DNA of 64,000 nt from NCBI GenBank assembly GCA_963827655.1, contig CAWHCF010000038.1, forward strand, positions 96,001 through 160,000, read 5' to 3'. Source of the stretch: an uncultured Acidobacteriota bacterium. GTDB taxonomy: Bacteria > Acidobacteriota > UBA6911. The translations under genes were made by a program, and so were the position numbers. The notes under the pieces were generated by a model that made no database searches, was not told where the DNA came from, and saw nothing but the letters and a program-made list of their open reading frames with translations. Positions within the stretch are counted from its first letter, which is position 1; the number at the start of each line of letters is the position of its first letter. Positions 41,886 to 51,084 of the stretch are shown piece by piece.

Positions 41886-44708
41886 ATGAAGGATTCGCCC
41901 GCGTATCTGCCGGAGGGGATGAGCATAGCCCCGTTGGAAAAGGCGCCGCCACCCGAACAGTGGGACGATTGGGTTGAGTTCGATGCCAGGGCGTGGCCGC
42001 GCAAAGTGGAAAATCATTACGTGGTGGTTCCCACCACCTGCTTCAATTGTGAAGCTGCTTGCGGGCTTCTCGCCTTCGTCGACAAGAAGGATTGGTCGGT
42101 TCGGCGCATGGAGGGGAATCCCTACCATCCGGCCAGCCGTGGCCGCAATTGCGCCAAGGGACCCGCGACCGTCAACCAGATCAAGGACCCCGAACGCATC
42201 CTCTATCCGCTGAAACGCACCGGTAAACGAGGCGAAGGAAAGTGGCAAAGAGTCAGCTGGGATCAGGTTCTGGAAGAGATCTCATCGGAGATTCGAAAGC
42301 TGATCCTGGCGGGGCGCCGCAATGAAATCATGTACCACGTGGGGCGACCGGGTCACGACGGATACATGGAAAGAGTCCTTCAGGCCTGGGGCATCGACGG
42401 CCATAACAGCCATACCAACGTCTGTTCTTCGGCTGCCCGGCTCGGCTATGACGTGTGGCAGGGACTCGACCGCCCCTCGCCGGACCACGCCAATGCCCGA
42501 TTCATTCTGATGATAAGCTCTCATCTGGAGACCGGGCACTATTTCAATCCTCACGCGCAAAGGATCATCGAGGCCAAGCTCAGCGGGGCCAAAATCGCCG
42601 TCATGGACACGCGGCTTTCCAATACCGCCAGCATGGCCGACTACTGGCTGCCGACCTATCCCGGGACTGAAACGGCCGTGCTTCTCGCCATGGCTCGCCT
42701 CTTGTTGGGCGAAGGTCTGATCGACAAGGACTTTGTCCGGCGCTGGACCAACTGGCGGCAGTTCATGTCTGAAGAGAAGGGGAAGGGCGACGCGAGCTTC
42801 GAAGAATTCCTCGCTGCCCTCCGGGAGATCTATTCTGAATTCACGCCGGCATTCGCCGAACAGGAGAGCGGGATTCCGGCGCAGCAGATCGTCGAGGTGG
42901 CTCGCGAGATTGGTCGCGCGGGATCAGCGTTCGCGACACATGTCTGGAGGAGCGCCGCCAGCGGCAACCTGGGCGGATGGCAGGTTTCGCGCGCCCTGGA
43001 GTTTCTGAACGTGCTGACCGGGAGCGTGGGGACGCGCGGTGGAACTTCCCCCGCCGGCTGGGACAAGTTCGTACCTGTGCCCTTCGCGGTGCCCGACGGA
43101 CAGGACGAATGGAACGAACTCATGTGGCCTCGCGAATACCCGCTGGCCCATCACGAAATGAGTTACCTCCTCCCCTATTTCCTCAAGGAGGGGCGAGGCA
43201 GGCTGGGTGTCTACTTTACTCGGGTTTACAACCCGGTCTGGACCAATCCTGATGGAGCTTCCTGGATCGAAGTTCTGCGCGACGAGGACAAGGTGGGGAT
43301 GCATGCCGCGCTCACGCCCATCTGGAGCGAAACTGCCTGGCTGGCTGACTACGTTCTCCCCATGGGGGTAGGCGGCGAACGGCACGACCTGCAGAGCCAG
43401 GAAACGCACGCCGCGCGCTGGATTGCTTTCCGTCAGCCGGTTGTCCGTGTGGCGCGCGAGCGGGGCGGCGAGAAATTCCAGTTCACCTATCTGGCCAATC
43501 CCGGCGAGGTCTGGGAAGAGGACGAATTCTGGATAAACCTCTCCTGGCGCATCGACCCTGACGGCGGAATGGGGATTCGGAGATTCTTCGAGTCCCCGTA
43601 TCACCCGGGCGAGCGCGTGACGGTTGAAGAGTACTATCGCTGGATCTTTGAAAACAGCGTTCCTGGTTTGCCTGAGTCAGCCGCCAGGGAAGGTTTATCC
43701 CCGCTGGAGTACATGCGCAAGTACGGCGCCTTTGAAGTCAAGCAGGAGGTCTATGACTTGCAGAACGAGCCGCTCAACTTCGAGCAATTCAAACGCGCAC
43801 GCGTGGACGAGTTTGATCGAGTGCTGGTCGAGAGGAACGGCAGAACGGAACCGGTGGGTCTGCTGGTCGACGGAAAGGCCGTCGTTGGATTTCCCACGCC
43901 CTCGCGCAGGCTGGAATTCTTTTCCGGCACATTGAAAGAGTGGGGCTGGGGGGAATACGCCTTGCCGGCGTACATCCGCAGCCACGTTCACTGGACTTCG
44001 CTCGATCGAGAAAAGGGTGAATATGTACTGATTTCCACCTTCCGCCTTCCTACTCTGATCCACACCAGGTCGGGAAATGCGAAATGGCTGAATGAGATCT
44101 CTCACAGCAATCCGCTTTGGATGCACCCGACCGATGCGCGTCGCATCGGCGTGTCGACTGGAGACCTGATCAAGGTCAACACGGCCATCGGCCACTTCGT
44201 CCTCCGTACCTGGGTCACCGAAGGTATTCGTCCGGGAGTGGTCGCGTGTTCCCATCACATGGGCCGCTGGCGTATCACCGAAGAGGATGGGACGGACCGC
44301 TGGTGCTCCGCGCTGGTGAAAATCGAAGAGGAAGCGAATGGAATCTGGCGCATCCGGCAGATTCACGGAGTCCGTCCCTTCAAGAGCGGAGATCCTGATT
44401 CAGAACGGATCTGGTGGCAAGATGCCGGAGTTCACCAGAACCTGACCTTTGCGTCCCAGCCCGATCCCGTCAGCGGAATGCATTGCTGGCACCAGAAGGT
44501 GCGCCTCGAGCTCCCGGGTTCCGATGAGACCTATGGCGATATCCTGGTCGACACCAACAAGTCCTTCGCCATTTACCAGCAATGGATTGCCATGACTCGC
44601 CCCGCTCCAGGGCCGGACCATCTTCGCCGTCCCCTCTGGTTCCAGCGTCCCTTTCGGCCCAGGGACAAGGCATTCTATTTCGATGGCGTGGAAAAAAAAT
44701 ACCACTAA
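41886..44708 (+). CDS. Molybdopterin oxidoreductase catalytic subunit (Psr/Ttr/Arr-like clade), no Tat signal
   Basis: CFNCEAAC...CAKG [4Fe-4S] motif, RILYPLKR, NSHTNVC, ADYVLP and a C-terminal Mo-bisPGD binding domain (LWMHPTDA, GIRPGVV). Confidence 0.92.
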   Translation: MKDSPAYLPEGMSIAPLEKAPPPEQWDDWVEFDARAWPRKVENHYVVVPTTCFNCEAACGLLAFVDKKDWSVRRMEGNPYHPASRGRNCAKGPATVNQIKDPERILYPLKRTGKRGEGKWQRVSWDQVLEEISSEIRKLILAGRRNEIMYHVGRPGHDGYMERVLQAWGIDGHNSHTNVCSSAARLGYDVWQGLDRPSPDHANARFILMISSHLETGHYFNPHAQRIIEAKLSGAKIAVMDTRLSNTASMADYWLPTYPGTETAVLLAMARLLLGEGLIDKDFVRRWTNWRQFMSEEKGKGDASFEEFLAALREIYSEFTPAFAEQESGIPAQQIVEVAREIGRAGSAFATHVWRSAASGNLGGWQVSRALEFLNVLTGSVGTRGGTSPAGWDKFVPVPFAVPDGQDEWNELMWPREYPLAHHEMSYLLPYFLKEGRGRLGVYFTRVYNPVWTNPDGASWIEVLRDEDKVGMHAALTPIWSETAWLADYVLPMGVGGERHDLQSQETHAARWIAFRQPVVRVARERGGEKFQFTYLANPGEVWEEDEFWINLSWRIDPDGGMGIRRFFESPYHPGERVTVEEYYRWIFENSVPGLPESAAREGLSPLEYMRKYGAFEVKQEVYDLQNEPLNFEQFKRARVDEFDRVLVERNGRTEPVGLLVDGKAVVGFPTPSRRLEFFSGTLKEWGWGEYALPAYIRSHVHWTSLDREKGEYVLISTFRLPTLIHTRSGNAKWLNEISHSNPLWMHPTDARRIGVSTGDLIKVNTAIGHFVLRTWVTEGIRPGVVACSHHMGRWRITEEDGTDRWCSALVKIEEEANGIWRIRQIHGVRPFKSGDPDSERIWWQDAGVHQNLTFASQPDPVSGMHCWHQKVRLELPGSDETYGDILVDTNKSFAIYQQWIAMTRPAPGPDHLRRPLWFQRPFRPRDKAFYFDGVEKKYH

Positions 44709-44736
44709 GACTCAAAGACACGAAGAAACACTAAGG
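44698..44736. repeat. Family C repeat
   Basis: 44698-44731 is the exact 34-bp reverse complement of 57512-57545. Confidence 0.85.
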
Positions 44737-44790
44737 TTGCCGAAACGCTGAGAATTCAGGTTAACATCCAGCCGAACTCAACTAGGGAGG

Positions 44791-45144
44791 ATGACTGTGA
44801 AAAGACTAACATTTGGGATTCTGGCACTCTTTCTGGCAGGCGCAGTTTCCAGCTTCGCGGCCGAAGCAACCTTGACCGGCAAGATCAGCGACGACATGTG
44901 CGGGGCGAGCCACAAGGGAATGGAGCACGGGGGCAAGCAGGCGAACGATCGGGACTGCACCCTTGCTTGCGTCAAGGGTGGTTCCAAATACGTTTTCGCC
45001 AGCGATGGTAAGGTCTACGCCGTCGAAAACCAGAGTTTCGCAGGCTTGAAAGAGCACGCGGGGCACACCGTGCAGCTCACGGGCGAGATGAGCGCCGACA
45101 AGAAGACGATCAAGGTTTCGAAGATCGAAATGCCTAAAAAATAA
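44791..45144 (+). CDS. Small secreted protein with Cys/His/Met motifs (OB-fold-like)
   Basis: Signal peptide, DDMCGASH..MEH..DCTLACV and HAGHTV. GGGAGG RBS. Confidence 0.75.
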   Translation: MTVKRLTFGILALFLAGAVSSFAAEATLTGKISDDMCGASHKGMEHGGKQANDRDCTLACVKGGSKYVFASDGKVYAVENQSFAGLKEHAGHTVQLTGEMSADKKTIKVSKIEMPKK

Positions 45145-45183
45145 GAAAGCGGCGGACCAAGAGTTCGCGTGTTTGTTACAACC

Positions 45184-47674
45184 TCACAAAGCGACTTTCC
45201 GCAGGCGCAGAGCGTTCACAATGACTGACACCGAGCTGAAGGTCATGGCTGCGCTTGCAATCATCGGGCTGAGCAGGAGCCCGAAAAAGGGATAAAGGAT
45301 ACCTGCGGCGACCGGCACGCCCAGGGCGTTGTACACGAAGGCGAAGAAGAGATTCTGGCGGATGTTTCGCATGACCGCCTTGCTGAGGCGCCGGGCCCGC
45401 ACGATTCCGCGCAGGTCTCCCTTGACCAGCGTTATGTCGGCGGATTCGATCGCTATGTCGGTGCCGGTCCCCATCGCTATGCCGACATCAGCCTGGGCGA
45501 GCGCCGGCGCGTCGTTGATGCCGTCTCCTGCCATTGCCACCCTGTGCCCACCTTCCTGTAGCCGCTTGACGACCTGGTTCTTCTGCTCGGGGAGAACCTC
45601 GGCCTCGACCCGATCGATAGAGAGCGCGCGGGCAACGGCCTGCGCCGTGGGCAGATTATCGCCCGTGACCATGACGATCTGAATTCTCTCGCTGTGCAGC
45701 GTTCGGATGGCTTCAGGCGTCGAGTCCTTGATCGGGTCGGCGACCCCGAGCAGGCCTTCAACCCTTCCATCAACCGTGACAAAGATGACGGTCTGTCCTT
45801 TTTGACCCAGCTCTTCCGCGAGCTTCAGCAGATCTCCGGGAGAGACTCCGAGCTCGTCGAGCATCTGGCGATTGCCCAGCGCGACCGAACGTCCTTTTAC
45901 CTTGCCGATTACCCCTTTCCCGGTGAGCGACCGGAAATTTTCGGGTTCAACCGGATCCACACCTCGTTCCTTTGCGCCTTGGACAACGGCATTGGCCAGA
46001 GGATGTTCGCTGGCGCGTTCCAGGCTGGCCGCGAGCTGCAACAATTCCGCTTCTCGTTGTTTGTCTTCGGGCCCGGCGACCGAAACCAACCGCGGCTTTC
46101 CTTGAGTGAGCGTTCCCGTTTTATCCACGATGACGGTTTCGACCTTTTCCATGATCTCGAGCGTTTCACCGTTTCTGACCAGGACCCCGGCCTTGGCGCC
46201 GCGGCCGACGCCGACCATAATCGACATGGGCGTAGCCAGCCCGAGAGCGCACGGGCACGCGATTATCAGCACGGCGATGGCATTCAGTAGTGCGTATGCC
46301 AGGCGCGGTTCGGGGCCGAAGAGCGCCCAGAGCACGAACGTGAGCGCCGCTATGGCGACCACCGCCGGGACGAAGTAGGTCGAAATTGTATCGGCCAGCC
46401 GCTGGATCGGAGCCCGGCTCCGCTGGGCCTCTCCCACGAGCCGCACTATCCGGGCCAGGAGCGTGTCTGCCCCGACCCGCTCCGCTCGCATGATGAACCC
46501 ATGAGTTCCGTTGATAGTGCCTCCCGTGACTCGATCGCCCGGTTTCTTTTCAACCGGGAGCGACTCTCCGGTAACCATCGATTCGTCGAGCGAGGTCGTT
46601 CCCTCAAGTATCACGCCGTCGACGGGCACCTTTTCTCCGGGACGAACCCGGATGCGATCGCCGGGCCTTAGTTGATCAAGAGGGAGATCTTCGTCCCTGC
46701 CGTCGGGGCGGATGACCCGTGCAGTTTTGGGGGCCAGGTCCAGCAGCTCGCGGATAGCGCTGCGGGTCTGGTTCCGCGCCCGCAGCTCGAGCACCTGCCC
46801 GAGCAATACCAGCACCGTTATGACTGCCGCTACTTCAAAGTAGACCGCGATCTCTGCGCCATGGCTGCGGAAGGAGTGGGGAAAAATCTCGGGTATTACG
46901 GTGGCGACCACGCTGTAAAAGTAGGCAGTCCCGGTGCCGAGCGCAATCAGCGTGAACATATTGGGACTGCGGTTAATTATCGAGGCCCATCCACGGCGGA
47001 AGAAGGGCCATCCACCCCAGAGCACCACCGGAGTCGCGAGCGCAAATTGGATCCAGTTGAGAAGTCCTCCCGAAGTCTCGGGGAAGACTCTCCGGCCCAG
47101 GGCCATCTCCGTCATCGACAGGAGCAGAAGCGGGAACGTCAGGATGAGCCCGATCCAAAACCGGCGTGTCATGTCCAGCAGCTCGACATCGACCTCTTCT
47201 TCACCACCGATCGCGCGCGGCTCGAGCGCCATTCCGCAGATGGGACACGCTCCCGGCTCCCGTCGCACGATTTCCGGGTGCATTGGACAGGTGTAGTCCG
47301 TACTCGGAATTGCGGCGCGCCCCGCGCGCGGCTCCAGCGCCATGCCACATCGGGGACAAGGTCCGGCCTTCTCTTGCCTGACTTCGGGATGCATCGGACA
47401 GGTGAAATCGCCGCCGGGCTCGGTGGTCTTTGACGCATCTGCCGTCAACGAGAGTTGCACGAGGGGCTTGTTCAGGTAGGTCGTCGGGCCTTGCGCGAAA
47501 GCGCTCCAGGCAGTGCAGGCTGCAGAAGAAGTATTCCTGGCCCGCGTGAGAGTACGCGCCGGCGGCAGAGGCTGGATCGACGGACATGCCGCACACAGGA
47601 TCCTTCACCGCGGTTCGATTCTTGCTGTTGTGCATCCTTTCCATAGCGTTAACGGAGTCGGAGGGCGCAACCAA
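45184..47674 (-). CDS. copA: Copper-translocating P1B-type ATPase with YHS and CPMHP metal-binding domains, frameshift near 47470
   Basis: KDPVCGM..FCS..C, two CPMHP..CP.CGM motifs, [32 protein letters not shown] and YN..MxxSS. Confidence 0.92.
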
Positions 47675-47816
47675 AATTGATCTTCGGGTTTCTTCGTGTC
47701 TTGGTGGTGGCTTTTGTTTTTACGCGCTAAACCGCCAAGACGCGAAGAGCCGCTCACATGTTAGTATGAAGTCGTCAAAGTTAGCCAAGGAACCTCACCC
47801 GAAGCCGGAGAATAGC

Positions 47817-49380
47817 ATGCGGCGCGTCAGACGTTCGCCTAAACCGATTGACCGGAGAAGCTTCCTGCGTGACACAGGACTCTTAGGGCTTTCTCTTGGT
47901 TTTCCTTATATCAACATCAGCACGGCAGGGGGCGCCCAGTTCTCGTCAAACCCCTTTGCTCTGGGAGTAGCTTCCGGCGACCCGCTGCCCGACGCAATCG
48001 TACTGTGGACGCGTCTCGCGCCCCAACCAATGCAAGGCGGAGGCATGCCCCCGGCCGCTGTCTCGGTGGAATGGCAAGTCGCCGCAGACGAAAAGATGGG
48101 CAAGGTCATTAAACGCGGGACGGCAACGGCGTCGACTGACATGGCGCACTCGGTGCACGTCGATGTGCGCGGTCTCGAACCCGCGCGCTGGTACTGGTAC
48201 CAGTTCAAAGCCGGATCTCATGTCAGCCCGGTCGGCCGAACCCGCACTGCTCCTGCAACCGGCTCCGAAGTCGACCGGCTGAAACTTGCCTTCGTCTCAT
48301 GCCAGCACTACGAGCACGGTTTCTTTGTTTCATACCGCCACATGGCCGCCGAGGATCTCGATCTGGTGATTCACCTCGGTGATTACATCTACGAAGGCGC
48401 AGCCCAGACTACCGGCGTCCGGCAACATCACGGCGGCGAGATCAAGACGCTGGAGGAATACCGGAATCGCCACGCGCAGTACAGGACGGACCCCGACCTG
48501 CAGAAGGCGCATGCGCTGTTTCCGTGGATTGTTACCTGGGATGATCATGAGGTGGACAATAACTACGCAAACGAAGCCGAAGAGCGGGGCGCGCCCAGGC
48601 AGGAATTTCTGGCCCGGCGCGCGGCTGCTTACAAAGCGTACTACGAGCATATGCCGCTGCGGCGCGCGTCGCTGCCGCGCGGGCCCAATATGGAGCTCTA
48701 CCGGCGTCTGACTTTCGGAAACCTCGCCGAATTTTCCGTCCTGGACACCCGGCAGTACCGCACCGACCAGCCGTGCGGCGATGGTAATAAACCCCCGTGT
48801 CCCGCGTCGCTGGATGCCGAGCGCGACCATGCTGGGACCTGCGCAGGAGCGATGGCTGTTTCAAGGATTGGATCGTTCGAAAGCCAGATGGAATGTCATC
48901 GCTCAGCAGGTGATGATGGCGCAGGTCGATCGTCGAGCCGGCCCCGACAAGATGTTCAGCATGGATCAGTGGAGCGGCTATGTCGAAGGCAGAAACCGCA
49001 TCCTGAGCTTTCTACGCCGCCGGAAGCCGGCAAATCCGATCGTGCTCACGGGAGACATCCACTCGAACTGGGTGGCAGATCTGAAGACGGACTTCAGCGA
49101 CCCCAAGTCGGAAACGGTGGGCACAGAATTTGTCGGCAGCTCGATCAGTTCCGGTGGTGACGGAGAGGATGTGCCTGCCGGCGTGCAGGCTTATCTCCCG
49201 GAAAATCCGCACATCCGCTTCTTCAATGGCCAGCGGGGCTATGTGCGCTGTGCCCTCACGCCCAGCCGCTGGCAAACCGACTACCGCATCGTTTCGTCGG
49301 TTACCCGCCAGGATGGAACCATCAGCACTCGGGCTTCGTTCGTGGTGGAAAACGGAAAGCCGGGAGCCGAGCGAGCCTGA
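47817..49380 (+). CDS. phoD: Alkaline phosphatase D family protein, Tat-exported, frameshift near 48820
   Basis: DRRSFL Tat motif, [33 protein letters not shown] and TGDIHS. Confidence 0.92.
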
Positions 49381-49736
49381 GCGTCTTCATTCTGTGCGGC
49401 CGGTTGCCGCTTTGCCGTCGGCGTCCGCGAAGCCGAACGCGCCGGCGTGTGAATGCAGATCGAAGGGCGTTCCGATTGTGGTGAAGAGACTTCGGTTCTA
49501 TCCATCGGCAAAAGCCCACAAATCCGCCCGAGCAGCGCTTCTTGGCCATCGCGGGCGAGGGGTTTTTATGGTATCGTGCGCTCTTCACCGCGGCGTCACA
49601 TCAAGGAGAAACCAGAAACGAACATGAGACCATCCAGTCCCATTCGCGACCGAGACAGTTCACAGAACGATGAAATTCCCGGCACCCTCCCGCGGGAAGA
49701 GGGCGGCCGAGGGACAGCCGTCCCACGCGTCGGCGA

Positions 49737-51074
49737 GTGCGACTGCGGCGGCGCCGCCGGGTAAGAGGATCAGCAACCAGCGGAGCCACTACTAGGTTGC
49801 TCGCGGGTCATGAATCTGCGCCTCGACCTGTAAAGCGGCTGTCACGCGTCTTTGGGGCGTTGCTTGTGGGTACGCTATGCTTGCTTTCACTGGCATCTCA
49901 GCTCAAGGCCCAGGCTACCTCTCGTGAGGAGGAGATACGACAAGCGCGGACCGACAAACGGGCGCGTCTGTGGCCGGAGCGGACCTCCGGCATTGTCAAG
50001 CTGATCGACAAATATACGGACAGCGGTCTCCTTGAAGGCGCTCGCTTGAAGAGGGGCAATAACGGGATCCAATTTATGCTCGGCGGCATGCGGTCGGGCC
50101 ACGGCACGTCGGCTGGCATTGGCTACCGGCGTGTCGATTTATGGAACGAGAAACTAGCGTTCCGCGCTACGGCTCGTGGAACGCTGCAGGAAGCCTACAT
50201 GTTCGACCTGGAGATGGACTTGTCCCGGCTCACCAATCAACGTCGCAGCGAGCTGCGTTTCTACGCGAAATACGAAAACTCGCCGCAAATGGACTACTAC
50301 GGTCCAGGACAGGATTCGCGCAAAGAAGACCGCACCAGCTACCGGCTGGAAGATACCAGCATCGACTTCAGAGGCCGGTACCGGGTATGGAAGGGACTCT
50401 GGTTGGGCTTCACGGGCGGTTTCTACGCGCCGAACACCGGACCCGGAAAACGAGACGGCTTCCCCTCGACTGAAGAGAAGTTTACTCCTGACCAGACACC
50501 CGGTATTGACCATCAACCGAACTTTCTGCGGGCGGGGTTTACCGTGCAGTACGACTACCGTGACCTGCCTACCGGTCCGCGCTCCGGGGGGAACTACTAC
50601 GTCCACTTGAGGCGCTACTGGGATCAAGACCTCGGGCGGCACACCTTCAACAGCTGGGACTCGGCGGTGGAGCAGTATTTCCCGTACTGGAACAGGACCC
50701 GCGTCGTGGCTTTGCGTCTGGCCATGGTTGCCACCCAAGCCGGTGAGGGACAGACCATTCCGTTTTACTTGGAGCCCACTCTGGGCGGAAACGATATGCT
50801 GCGAGGGTTTGAACGGTACCGGTTCTATGACCAGAGCTCACTGCTGGCCACCCTCGAACACCGCTGGCACCTCTTCTCGGGCGGGCACGCCGCCATCTTT
50901 GCCGAGGCGGGGAAAGTGGCTCCGGCGGCCAGCCATCTCAATCTGGCCAAGGCGAAATATGCCGGTGGCATCGGGTTTCGATTCACGCTGCGAGAGGCTG
51001 TGATCATGCGCCTCGACAACGCGATCAGCAACGAAGGGTATCGGTTTATGTGGACCTTCTCAAACATGTGGTGA
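49737..51074 (+). CDS. Omp85/BamA-TamA family outer-membrane beta-barrel (start uncertain)
   Basis: Hydrophobic signal-like segment, LGG.DMLRGFERYRFYD (VRGF-like), amphipathic strands and a C-terminal aromatic residue. Confidence 0.82.
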   Translation: MRLRRRRRVRGSATSGATTRLLAGHESAPRPVKRLSRVFGALLVGTLCLLSLASQLKAQATSREEEIRQARTDKRARLWPERTSGIVKLIDKYTDSGLLEGARLKRGNNGIQFMLGGMRSGHGTSAGIGYRRVDLWNEKLAFRATARGTLQEAYMFDLEMDLSRLTNQRRSELRFYAKYENSPQMDYYGPGQDSRKEDRTSYRLEDTSIDFRGRYRVWKGLWLGFTGGFYAPNTGPGKRDGFPSTEEKFTPDQTPGIDHQPNFLRAGFTVQYDYRDLPTGPRSGGNYYVHLRRYWDQDLGRHTFNSWDSAVEQYFPYWNRTRVVALRLAMVATQAGEGQTIPFYLEPTLGGNDMLRGFERYRFYDQSSLLATLEHRWHLFSGGHAAIFAEAGKVAPAASHLNLAKAKYAGGIGFRFTLREAVIMRLDNAISNEGYRFMWTFSNMW

Positions 51075-51084
51075 TGCGAAATCC

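Noticed and set aside
41432-41886. Moco/Tuco riboswitch upstream of the molybdoenzyme, and ORF 41432..41806
   Set aside because: I could not match the riboswitch consensus by eye, and the region is better explained by a REP-like element plus insert. The ORF has no protein-like features. An Rfam scan would settle it.
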